Origin: Priapulus caudatus
Lineage: Eukaryota
Length of the DNA: 64,000 nucleotides
Direction of reading: 5' to 3'
Assembly (NCBI RefSeq): GCF_000485595.1
Contig: NW_014577092.1
Coordinates: 354,200 to 418,199, forward strand
The position numbers and the translations under genes are program-made. The notes beneath the pieces are model-generated. The model had not been told where the DNA came from, did no database searches, and was given only the letters and a program-made list of their open reading frames with translations. Position 1 is the first letter of the stretch; each line of letters opens with the position of its first letter. Below, one piece after another: positions 1 to 11,825 of the stretch.

Positions 1-560
1 GCGTGACGTGCGTGTCATCGTACGGGTGGTCCGTTGCCGGGTACGTGTTATCTGCGTGCTACGTGTACGTGGCGTGTACGGCGTCTGCGTGGTGTAGCCT
101 GCGTGTCACGTGCGTGTACCTCGTTGTCGTGTACCTGCGTGTACCGTGCGTGTACCTGCGTGTATCTGCGTAACGTGTACTTGCGTGTATCTGCGTGTAC
201 GTGTACGTGCGTGTATGCTGCGTGGTACGTGCGTGGTCATCTGCGTGTACGCGTGTACCCGCGTGCTACGCCTGTACCCGCGTGTACGAGTGTATCTCCG
301 TGTATCTCCGTGTACCGCGGGTGTACGTGCGTGTATCTGCGTGTACCTGTACGTGCGTGTATCTCGGTGTACGTGTACGTGCGGTATCGCGTGTACGTGT
401 ACTCGGTATCTGCGGTGTCCGTGCGTGTACCGCGTGTACTGCGTGTACCTGCGTGTACGTGCGTGTACGTGCGTGTACCTGCGTGTACGTTGCGTGTATC
501 TCCGTGTACGCCCGCGGTACGTGCGTGTATCTGCGTGTACGTGCTGTACGTGCGTGTACC
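1..560. repeat. 10-bp minisatellite (gcgtgtacgt/gcgtgtatct)
   Basis: Tandem variant units; mirrored at ~19185-19787. Confidence 0.9.
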
Positions 561-1458
561 CCCTTCTGTGCGCGCCTGCCTGAGCACGCATTGTTTACAA
601 ATTGCCTCATAGCTTCAGGCCTCGTTTTCGTGTGTGACCCCAGGTCATGAATAATAATTAAGAAGGGTCTATAAGCCCAAGCGTACTAGTAGAGTGCAGC
701 AACTCTTTCCTACGACTCATCAAAGCCGCATATCTGAAAACACTGGGTATCGGTTAGATGCGATGCTGCTTCCTACTTGTCCACAAACACATTTCTCTTA
801 ACTACGACGCTACTGCGGTCGACTTAGCGCGACACGAGCCCGGACGCGTGAACATTGCAAATCCGTCGCAGAAAAGTTAATACATTCAAGACACTGTCAG
901 ATAACCACAGGAGCTGGCATGCGCTATTTTACTTTGAGAATATGGCATTATCTCGAAGTAACAATCGTAATCTATGCGCGATAGTTTAGAATCCATAAGC
1001 GTTTGTGTGGTAACAGTGTTTTATGTTTGAAACTTATTCAGTGTACATTTTTAATATGATGCTTGTACATATTACATTAAAGAACAATTAATAGATTCAA
1101 TTAAAATAATCTAAATAAGTAAAGAAGCATGTTTAAAAGCTACACGAATTGTTTACGTTTATATTGAACTGCACTGCAATAATTTTTCCGGATGCATATA
1201 AAAATGCTATAATTTATTCTATAAAATTTATATAATTTATATAAAATTTAAAATTTTAAGGAAAGATACTTTGCCAGATACAGGTTCTTTCAATATCTTT
1301 AAATAGCCTATTTCCGTTAGTTCTAAAAGCTACATTGTTTGCTATTGTATTTTATTACATTTTTATGTTTCATGATTTACACAGTACAGACGTAAATCTA
1401 TGCGTGTATGAGTAATACGCGCGCGCGTCAGTGTGTGTGCGTGTGTAATGTGTGTGTG

Positions 1459-1492
<34 letters not shown>

Positions 1493-1493
1493 C

Positions 1494-1558
<65 letters not shown>

Positions 1559-1699
1559 TGTGTGCGTGTGTTCGTACGTGCGTGCGTGCGTTTGCGCGTC
1601 GTGCCGCGCGCACGTGTGTGTGTGTGAGGAAGTGTATCGCTGCCTTACATACCACCCTACACACTTTTTGACAAATCAATTACTTGTCGCTCCCTATCT

Positions 1700-2160
1700 A
1701 TTACGAAATCTCCTGGTGACACGCCCTTTTTCGATTTAAGAGACTGCAATTTGTTCGCCTGAATTTTGCCATGTCGATTAACATTCACTACTAGAAGAAA
1801 CATTAACTGTTGCTGGATTACAACTGAAGGAGTCTTGCTTCTTTTATGGACGGCTGAGTGTAGGGTGTTCACTAGTTGGAAATCCACATAATGTGTCTGT
1901 TTATGCCCCTACTGGAAATATGTACAACATTGCGTATACTGAGGTGTTCGGTAACCGTTAATGAATTCATTGTTCAATGTTCCTTTCAATGTAATTCATG
2001 CACACATAATGTAAATGTATCTTTCGAGAATCTCTGAATATGCAGTGATAAAAAATACAGAACTATTTTGCCAATTCTTATATGTCTTTGCTAACGGTGG
2101 AAACCCATATTAAAAGTTGGTTACTTTTTAGCCCGGGCAACACCGGGTATCTCTGCCAGT
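1700..2160 (+). mobile_element. Helitron 3' end relic (helicase tail plus terminal hairpin)
   Basis: RLQFVRLNFAMSIN...GRLSVGCSLVGNP...YAPTG..YNIAYTEVF; cccgggcaacaccggg hairpin then ccag|t (CTAG-like) at 2132-2160. Confidence 0.7.
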
Positions 2161-2358
2161 GTATACATATAATTACATTCGACACTGCAAAGATCGGGTT
2201 ACTAAGAAGATTTAATTTCTCTATTGTTATATAAGGAAGACCATGTGTTTCACACTTTTCACAGAAATCCTGTTCTGAGTATATACACTCCTTTTAAATT
2301 TTAAATCACAGAATATGAGCATTTTTTGGCAGATTGTCAATATGCGTGCGTGTATGTA

Positions 2359-2390
<32 letters not shown>

Positions 2391-3150
2391 TGTGTGTGGT
2401 GTGTGTGTGTGTGTGTGTGTTGTGTGTGTGTGTGTGTGTGTGTGTATGCGCACGTGTGTGTATGCGCACGTGTGTGTATGCGTATGTATGCGTGAGTGCG
2501 TGGTATGTGTGCATGCGCGCGCGTGCGTGTTTGTGTTTATGTGTGCGTGCGTGCGTACGTGCGCGCGCGCGCGTGTGGTGTGGGGGGATCTGGAATTGGG
2601 AAAATTTTGCGGAAAGGGGATCGTCACAGTTCACAGTTCCTTCTCGAACACAGATCACTACGCATGTAGTAAACTCGATGGCTTACACTAATTACATATA
2701 CGCGTACACGTTGAATTCTAGTTTGGTCTATGTATAGATTAGATTAGCCTGTTACCTTCTATATGCATCGCTTTTATTACGTACTATTCCAACAGCATGG
2801 GTTCGCTCTACGACGTGTGACCGTGTTACCGCTGTGCACATAGCATCCGTTAGATATGGCTTCGCAATAAGGATATAGCGCGATGATATAAAGGGAATTT
2901 TACATATATATACATTGTATAACAATATTATATTAAATATATACGATTTCATCAAATATTATCAACATCTAATAATACATTTTAGCTCTGATATTATTTA
3001 TACCGCAGTGAATCAGCAGGTGTTTTAATAACGTGTGCACTGCTATGCATGGATACATTGACGGCTTCCTAATAACTTTGACCGGTTAAGCACGTACACA
3101 CGCTTACACGCGTTACCGCACGTGGCCACGCTCACACGAGTGGCGACATA

Positions 3151-3642
3151 AGCCCGCGTTCACACGTAGCAAAGAAATCCGGTATTTAGCGTTCACACGA
3201 GGCAAAATGCGCGGTCCAAACATACGTATTTAAACAGATCCGGTATTTGATGTAAATACGCGGCTTCCCAGACCCCGAATAAATTTGCCGTGCTTGAGAA
3301 ACCGGATCTCTGGACCGCGGCATTTCCTCGTGTGAACGCTAAATACCGGATTTCTGGAGCCGCGTATTTATAGACTGGTCCGCGCTCGACAGTTCCAGTG
3401 TAGACGCAAGTGGAAGCTGTCGAGCGCGACCAGTCTACGTATGTTTTCGGCAGTTTGTGCGTCATTGCATTGTTTATTTTGCGTTGTTCGCGTGTTGTTA
3501 ATTAAGCAGCTCGCAGCTCGCAAAATACCGTATTTCTGGAGCCGCGAATCAGCGTGTGAACGCTCGGCCGCGTATTTGTCTCAGATTCGGTATTTCACAA
3601 ATACCGTATTTCATAAATACGAGGTCTCGTGTGAACGAGGCT
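3151..3642. mobile_element. MITE, PIF/Harbinger-like
   Basis: Termini agcccgcgttcacacg ... cgtgtgaacgaggct; 3-bp ATA flanks on both sides; internal inverted sub-repeats (3175-3220 vs 3311-3355). Confidence 0.7.
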
Positions 3643-4029
3643 ATAGATAAGATCAGGAATGTAGAATATAGAGATACTCTATATTATACACTCCTTCTAA
3701 TATGTAAAAAATATAGAAAAATCGCCGGTTTTGGCTATTGAATGTAGACTAATGTGTATATATTTATTTTGGATATTTATGTATTTATTTAGTTAGTTAT
3801 TTATTTAATAATTTACTACTATTAGAAAAAAGACAAGGAACAACTGGTAGTGTAAATCCTAACATACATTTACTTAATTCTAAGGATAGAGTCGTAACAG
3901 AGAAATAAAATATGAAGAGGCAAATAATATTCTGACAAGAACAGTTTGAAATATTCCATGACTCTATGTTGTCAAAGCTTCTGGACATACGACATTGGTG
4001 GTGTTTCCGTCTGGCCGAAGAATGAAGGG

Positions 4030-4390
4030 GTTTTGTGGGAATATAACTCTTGAACACCTAACGTAAAGCTGACCATTGGAGAAGCATTGTGATGTTAGAT
4101 TAAGGCCAGCGACTATCCATGGCCCTTATTAATAGCCATTGCAACACTGAGCCTAACTGGAAAATGGAGGCGCTTGAAATACACCCTGTGGTCTGTTGGG
4201 ATGATAGGGATCCTCGAGATAACACATCCATTCTTTTTCCAGCCCCAGACATATATGTAGCATCAATGACGCGTGGAACAAGTTGCTGTAAAGCCAGGAG
4301 TGTTCCGCTGCAGAGCTTTGGTGGATGAATATTCTTCAGGAGCACGATGCGTGAACCAACTTTGAGCTGGAGCCTGTGGATATGACAGGC
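4030..4390 (-). mobile_element. Helitron RepHel PIF1-helicase C-terminal relic
   Basis: HRLQLKVGSRIVLLKNIHPPKLCSGT...FKRLHFPVRLSVAMAINKGHG...FSNGQLYV across frameshifts. Confidence 0.85.
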
Positions 4391-5442
4391 TCGTAGGAAG
4401 GTATACAGACATATAGACATATAGACAGTGGAGGGACAATGGGTTACAGATGCGCTTGCGAGTCTGTGAGGCGCGTATAGCCCCGAGATAGGTGAATGGT
4501 CTGAAATTTTTAAAATTTTCAATATTGAAATAAAGCTTTCTCGTGTATTCTGGCATTGCAAATGTTACATTATACATGCATGCTGGGAGAAAAGCATGAA
4601 CCGTGCATGAATGATATGTGCATTATGTAACAAACTGTTATATACATAATTAATGTATGTGATGAGCAATACATAATGTCCAAGAATAAATATATCTATT
4701 CGGTCTGTGTGGCGGAGGAAAACTGTTTTTAGTTATTTTTGGACAATTGATAGTGGCTGTGTATTTTAAAATAACTTAAACAAATTTCAGGAAATTGTTG
4801 GAGGCAGGCGCCCCATTGCCCCCTCCCCCCCACTTCCTACGGGCCTGGGATATGAACAGCAGGAAAGTTCAAGGGAGTTTGCAAGTTAGCAAGTTCCCAA
4901 GCGAGTTGAGAAACTCGACTGGGCACTGCATATGCAGTCTCAGATGTGTCGGGAACAGTATCGATGGACTTGTAGGGTGTGCATCCCCTGGAATCTATTG
5001 CAGTAGCTTAGAGTCGTTATCACCAACTGCATCGCTCTTTGAGGGAAGGATGGCGCACTCAGAAAGCCACTGGGGATTTTGCTAGTGACGTGCCATGTCA
5101 GGAAAAACAGATCTCATGAGGTTCTCCGATGACTTGACTACCACACCAATCTCCTTGATCATTGTGATTTGACCATTGGTATTTGGAGTTACCTCGCTAT
5201 TGCTCAATTAGAGAGGATGTTTAGAGAAGACTCCAGCAGTATGATCGCCTCGTAGATAGACCCTCATTTTTGCGGCAAGTCCAAGCTTCTGTACATGTGG
5301 CTAGAGATAAGATGAAATGACACATGCCTTGATCTTATTTGCTCGAGTCACACGGGGTATGCCCTGAAGTCTGGGTCTGCCAACAGGGGTCTGTAGCCTC
5401 GCTGGCGAATGCTGGGAGTTTTTGGTGCAAGCTGAGAACAAT

Positions 5443-5478
<36 letters not shown>

Positions 5479-5739
5479 GCGCGCGCGCACGCACGCACGC
5501 ACGCACACGCACACGCGCACGCACACGCACACGCACACGCACACGCACACGCACACGCACACACACACACACACACACAACACACACACACAAACACACA
5601 CACGCGCGCGCGCACACGCACACGCACAACACAACACACAAAACACAAACACAACACACAACACACAACACACAACACACAACACCGCCACGCGCGCACA
5701 CACACACATACACATGCAGACACACAAACACACATACAC

Positions 5740-5793
<54 letters not shown>

Positions 5794-5812
5794 ACCACAC
5801 ACACATTATATA

Positions 5813-5855
<43 letters not shown>

Positions 5856-6039
5856 TATATATACATGTTGCTTTCAGAGTACAAGTGCAGTACTGGCGTT
5901 GCAACGCAATTGTCTGTGCACGTACAAATAAAAAAATAATTGATTTTTTTAACAAAATTGAAACCATCGTATCGTATCGTCGTATCGTATCGTATCGTAT
6001 ATTGTCCCACTCTTGTATTTCACAAAGCATAACTTCTGG

Positions 6040-7430
6040 TGAAGGTGCGAGGATATTCTGGGAATGTAAACTTTCATCTCATCATTTTCATTAATCTGTA
6101 CCTCCAGCATTTAATTCTGCTAATTTTATTCTTTGATCCCTATATTTTAGTAATTTCCTCACGTGGTCGGAAGCAATTTTAAGTAACTTGGGATCGTCAC
6201 ATTTCCAGTCCTCAATGGATTCCCCTTTATTTATATACCCGTATTCAAGGCCATTATATAGATGTAACAAGTCTTCTTTTTCTCCCCCGCTACACAAGTC
6301 ACATCCGTCATTAGTGTACTTATTTTAAAGTAAGCCTTTAAATCTATCATGCATGTCTTGCATTTAAACACAAAACAAGAATCCTCATAGGACATTGACG
6401 TCATATAATTTTTTAATCCATAATTATTAATATTAATCATTTTCAATTTTGTTTTTGTTGCTCCTTCCCCTTCGTCCCTTTCTATCACGTTTTTTAGAAT
6501 GGCCATCTTTTACCATCTTTTTCCATCTCATTTTTGATAAGGTGCCAATAGATAAGAATGACATATTTAATTTATATTCTTCAATTTTGTCTATGATTTC
6601 ATTTGCCCAATTTTTCCCCCATATTTTAATTTCTGTAACAACACTCTTCTCATTAAACGTTCTTGCTCTAAATTTATTATGTATTGTAATAACATTAATC
6701 TTTTCTAATAGATTTGGTCAAGAATTGGTATTATACCTAGCTCAACTCTTAAAGCGATTAGTTGGGTTTTACTATGTGCACCTAGTATTCTCCTTAAGCA
6801 ATCATTTTGAAAGCGTTCCAATAATTGTATTTCCTTTTTTGTTAGGTTTGTCCAAGTTTCACTATTATTTACTATAGATGGGAGTATCGTGCACTCATAT
6901 AATTTCACTCTAGCTTTTACTGTGAAATTTCCTTGTGGCTTGGTTTAGTCATTGTTAGGATCGACGTCCCCCATCATATACCTGCCTCTGTCTATTCTCG
7001 CCTTTATCATAGCTATGTAGTCACCGTTGTTATTAAAAACGTCTCCTAGATATTTATATTTAGTACAATGTTTTATCTCTGTTCTACCCAAATAAATTGT
7101 TTCTTCTTTTTCAATACTTATGTTTCTATGAGACGAAAATTTAATATTCATTATATTTGTCTTGTCCATATTGAATGTTATCATTTTTTCTGTTGCAAGT
7201 AAGTTGAATGAATGTGCTATTTTCTGTACCATGTTTAGGTTATTAGCTATTCCCAGTTGATCATCCATATATAACAACGGTGGTATTTCTGTGGTACTTT
7301 GATATACATCTACTAGGGAGCCATATCCTCCACTGTTTATTTGGTCTAGGACTCCAGGGTGGTACAGCATATGATCGGACCCAATACTGTTCCTTACCTT
7401 ACTACTTCGCCTATATGTCCTATATGCAGA
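6040..7430 (-). mobile_element. 5'-truncated, degenerate non-LTR retrotransposon (LINE), RT domain to C-terminus
   Basis: Motifs VR*GTVLGP (QG-type), PPLLYMDD, FNMDKTNIMN, KYKYLG, KLYECTILP, NSETW; stops and frameshifts. Confidence 0.88.
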
Positions 7431-7491
7431 GTGTGATGTGTGAAAAACGCTCGCATGGTGGCAGCACTATGCATCTTACCGAAAAGCGTCG

Positions 7492-7630
7492 ATGGAGTTG
7501 TCAACAGAAGTGCAAGAAGGACTACAAATTGCTGGGGATACTTCAGTTATTCAGGATAATGATTTTATAACGATCATGGACGTATTATGCCACAATATAC
7601 CAAATTTAAAACAGCCACATAAAACTCTAG
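7492..7630 (+). CDS. COMMD3: COMM domain-containing protein 3, coding exon 1
   Basis: MELSTEVQEGLQIAGDTSVIQDNDF... resembles the human COMMD3 N-terminus (MELSESVQKGFQMLAD...); ends CTA G|gtgtgt, phase 1. Confidence 0.92.
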
Positions 7631-8006
7631 GTGTGTGTATTATTGTACGTCCTTTGCAGCTCTGCTCAAGCTATTTATTTTGTTGATAGGCGTGTGTGTC
7701 ACTGTGTGTACACAGTACTCAGCAGGTACTGTGAGTGTGAGTGTACTCTCACTCCTACTACTGTGGTACTACTAATACTAGTACTACCACAATTGCAATT
7801 AGGTACGATAAAATAGCTCTGTAATTGACTACACTTACGAAATAAATCGCACCATGACTACTGCCATGTTGCCATAAGTTGAACATCAACATATGCATAT
7901 CACATAAGGGCGTCACAGTATAGCCTACCAACCACACCGGCCGTAACAATAACCGGTGCTATTTCTGTACCCCCAATCGGCAATCGCCGGGTAAATGGTA
8001 GCTCTA

Positions 8007-8080
8007 CTCTAGAACTATAGCCCTTCGCTCCGCCACAGGTTCGTGCACCTGTGGCAGAGCGAAGGGCTATAGTTCTAGAG
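8007..8080. repeat. 74-bp hairpin (34-bp arms, one mismatch, 6-nt loop), miniature palindromic element
   Basis: ctctagaactatagcccttcgctccgccacaggt-tcgtgc-acctgtggcagagcgaagggctatagttctagag. Confidence 0.85.
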
Positions 8081-8187
8081 CTAGGCAAAAGGCAGCACTA
8101 CAAGTCTTCAATCTTCAAAGATAAGCTTCCAATAGATGTTAGCCTAGAATGTATATGGCCTAGCACTATGTAGTAGGTGAGAAGGGC

Positions 8188-8438
8188 CGTATTCGGACGA
8201 CAACCCCCTGGACAACTAACACCTGGACAACTACCCCCCGGACAACTACCACCCGGACAACTGCCACCCGGACAACTACCCTTCTAGGGTTAGGGTTAGG
8301 GTTGTCTTAGGGGGGTAATTGTCCGGGTGGCAGTTGTCCGGGTGGCAGTTGTCCGGGTGGTAGTTGTCCAGGTGGCAGTTGTCCGGGTTGTAGTTGTCCT
8401 AGGGGGGTAATTGTCCGGGGGTAGTAGTCCTAGAATCG
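8188..8438. mobile_element. 251-bp non-autonomous DNA transposon with 8-bp TSD
   Basis: TSD agaagggc at 8180-8187 and 8439-8446; arms of 15-bp ggacaactacc repeats in inverted orientation; central TTAGGG-like repeats. Confidence 0.85.
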
Positions 8439-8995
8439 AGAAGGGCCACATGGTTATCAACTAACTAGATGCAAGTATGTAACACTAGTAGGCCCGTATC
8501 TGTGCAGGATTACGTATTTCTATTTGTCAACTAACTAGCTGTATAGTTTCGAAAGTTGACATCTTGTTCACTAGTTAGCCCTATTTACAATACAGCATTA
8601 CAATATACTGGTATTAATTATTGTAATTATGATAATATCAGTCCTAGTAAGGCATATATATATGGAAAATGTGATTGCAAGCTTATTATGGAACAAGCAT
8701 GTTGATGGTTTCTAATAAATTTCACATCTAATACTATAGTATAGGGTTTAAGTAATTTATGTAAAACCATGTCAATGTAACCCCCCCCCAATCATTACCA
8801 TGGTCGGATATCTAGGGCTGTAAATGGTTTCTGTGTGGGCATTGTAAAATTGATACTCCAAGGTAAGAAAGAATCAATTTAGATGAAATATGTAAATGTA
8901 AATAGTACTGCCATATATATAACTACAGCTAACACTACTAACCAGTTCAACTAAGCAATAAAACGTCGTACCAAATATGTTAGTTTAAATTTCAG

Positions 8996-9104
8996 ACATT
9001 CCTCAAAAAAGCGAAACTACTGTAGCCGTGAAGCGAGCCTATGGATCGCTACTTTGCTTAATGCTAGAAGCTGCTAAACATGATGCAGATGAATCAAACA
9101 TAGT
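8996..9104 (+). CDS. COMMD3: COMMD3 coding exon 2
   Basis: tttcag|AC...AGT|gtaagt; (D)IPQKSETTVAVKRAYGSLLCLMLEAAKHDADESNI, cf. human ILEAGKHRADKSTL; phases 1->2. Confidence 0.92.
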
Positions 9105-9135
9105 GTAAGTATGTTATTTCTTTGTTAGATGTCTA

Positions 9136-9175
<40 letters not shown>

Positions 9176-9179
9176 TATA

Positions 9180-9967
9180 CTATATCAAGAGTGTATAAGA
9201 AAGAGAGCGTACAACGGTGAATGCTGAACCATGTTGCTAGTGATTACCCGTAGTCGAAGAATTAATAAACTTTGCGCCGGGCATGTTTATTTTGACGCGA
9301 TTTGTGTGATTATTATTGATCAGCTGTCCTATCCTTGTCTAATATAAACTAACCGCAAATGTCCCTGACGATGCCCTTGACGCTGAGATAATGTGCGGTG
9401 AAAATCTGGTATTTTTGCCGAAAGACCGACGTCTGAGATTGACTGCTGAAGCGTCGCCGCTCGAACTGTCTCTCGGGGCTTTGAGATAAGCTTCGGCAAA
9501 CCTCGCGTGTTGTCGTGCATATGATTGACAGAATGGAATGAAGACGTCTGTTATTCGATTGACATAGTGATGACGCCCACCTGTGCCTAACCTCACTCTG
9601 GATGTATACGTAAACTCTGGCAGTACTGACGTGAGTCAGCGCTTCCCATGGCGCCTACAGCAGCGGCGACCGAGGCAACCACTGGCACAAAGCGAGAGAC
9701 GAGTGCGGCAGTCAGCAGGTATCTCGAGTCAGGTTTCGGCGAAAATACTAGATTTTCACCGAATAGTATCTCAGCGTAGGGCATCGTAGGGACATGCCGT
9801 TTGTTTTAATATTAACAAGGTAGGACAGTCTGATCATAATAATCATCACAAAATCGTCAAAGATAAACGGGGATAAGTTTGATTATTCGACTGACGGGTA
9901 AAATCAGCCCAACATGGTTCCGCATTTCACGCGTGCTACTCGCTCTGCCTTTCTTATACACCTCTTG

Positions 9968-9972
<5 letters not shown>
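9180..9972. mobile_element. foldback/MITE-like element with ~300-bp TIRs and ~200-bp spacer, inserted in (TA)n
   Basis: tatcaagagtgtataagaa ... ttcttatacacctcttgata, both ends in TA runs; the same spacer and inner arms recur at 19813-20500. Confidence 0.7.
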
Positions 9973-10016
<44 letters not shown>

Positions 10017-10052
10017 CAGTAGACATCTAACAAATAATTAACATACACTTAC

Positions 10053-10170
10053 ACTATTTTGCATTCATCTGCATCATGTTTAGGCAGCTTCTTAGCATTA
10101 AGCAACAGATAGCGATCCCAGTAGCTCGCTTCACGCTTACAGTTAGTTTCCGGCTTTTTGAGGCAAGTGT
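10053..10170 (-). pseudogene. frameshifted mirror copy of COMMD3 exon 2 (probable artefact)
   Basis: Reverse complement of 8996-9104 with several single-base insertions. Confidence 0.75.
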
Positions 10171-11679
10171 CTGAATTTAAACTAACCATATTTGGTACGA
10201 CGTTTTTATTGCTTAGTGTGAACTGTGGTAGTAGTGTTCAGCTGTATCTAAAATATATAATGGCAGTAGCTATTGTACATTAACATATTTCATCTAATTG
10301 ATTCTTTCTTACCTTGGAGTATGCAGATTTACAATGGGCCCACACAGAAACCATTTAACACCCTAGATTATCCGACCATGGTAATGGATTGGGGGGGGAG
10401 GTTTACATTGAAACATGGTTTTACTATAGAATTACTTAAACCCTATACTATAGTATTAGATGTGAAAGTTATTAGAGAACCATCACATGCTGTTCCATAA
10501 TAAGCCTTGCAATCACATTTCCATGATATATACTGCCTATACTAGGACTGATATTATCATCAATTACAATAATACATACAGGTTATATGTAATAGCTGTA
10601 TTGTAAATAGGGCTAACTAGTGAACAAGTATGTCAACTTTCGAAACTATACAGCATAGTTAGTTGACAAAATAAGAACTTACGTAATCCATGCACAGATA
10701 ACGGGCGCGTACTAGCTGTTTACATACTTGCATCTATTTAGTTGATAACAGTCGTGGGCCCTTCTCGATTCTAGGACTACTACCCGCCGACAATTACCCG
10801 CCCCTGGACAACTACAACGCCGGACAACTGCCACCTGGACAACTACCACCCGGACAACTGCCGACCCGGACATGCCACTGCCACCACGGACAATTACCCC
10901 CCTAAAGACAACGCGCTAACCCTAGGACGCGCTAGAAGAGGGGGTGAGATTGGTGCGGTGGCAGTTGTCGCGGGGGTGGGTAGTGTGTCGGGGGGGGCTG
11001 AGTTGTGCGGGCGAGGTGTTAGTGTGTCCAGGGGGGGTGTGCGTGCGGGCGCCGGACGGCGCCCTTCTCGGAGCTACTGACAGGGAGGGGTGCGAGGGCC
11101 ATATGAGCAGTTGCTCAGGCTACAGGTGGCTGATGGTGAGAGCGGGGGTAGGGTCGTTGGGGAGGAGTGAGAGGGACGTGGAGTGGCGGCGCGGTTGGCG
11201 CTAGCGTGCGTAAACTATCGCAGGGAGCTTCGCTGCTGGCACAGGTGGGCACGAACTGTGGCGGAGCGGAAGGGCTATAGTTCAGTAGTAGAGCTAACCA
11301 TTTACCCGCGATTTGCCGATTGGGGTACAGAAATAGCACCGGTTATTGTTACGGCCGGTGTGGTTGGTAGCTATACTGTGACCCCTTATGTGCATATGCA
11401 ACTGTTTGATGTTCAACTTATGGGCAACATGGCAGTAAGTCATCGAGTGGCGATTTATTTGCGTAAGTATAGTCAATTACAGAGCTATGTTTATCGTACC
11501 TATATTGCAATTGTGGAGTAGCTAGTATTAGTAGTACACAGTAGTAGGAGTGAGAGTACACTCACACTCACATACCTGCTGAAGTACTTCGTGAGCACCA
11601 CACGCCTGACACACACGCCTACAATCAAAATAAATAGCGTTGAGCAGAGGCTGCAAGGACGTACAATAATCACACACAC

Positions 11680-11825
11680 CTAGAGTTTTTATGTGGGGCT
11701 GTTTTAAATCTTGGTAACTTGTGGCATAATACTCCATGGATCGTTAATAAATCATTATCCTGAATACTGAGAGTAATCCCCAGCAATTTGGTAGTCGCTT
11801 CTGCACCTTCTGTTGACAACTCCAT
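11680..11825 (-). pseudogene. frameshifted mirror copy of COMMD3 exon 1 (probable artefact)
   Basis: MELSTEGAEATTKLLGITLSIQDND with scattered indels relative to 7492-7630. Confidence 0.75.

Noticed and set aside
4795..4850. gccccc...cctacgggcctg as a DNA-transposon terminus
   Set aside because: No matching opposite end or TSD found nearby
34..5804. Long ORFs of CV/HT/RV dipeptide repeats (also 13.4-14.2, 16.9-19.8, 27-28.8, 42-43.5, 51-53.6 kb)
   Set aside because: Translations of stop-free micro/minisatellites, open in several frames, with no domain or splice support
6449..6877. Hydrophobic 142-aa 'membrane protein' ORF
   Set aside because: Antisense of the A-rich LINE ORF2 relic
8284..8303. 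Telomere or chromosome-fusion site
   Set aside because: Only about three TTAGGG units, inside a TSD-flanked element
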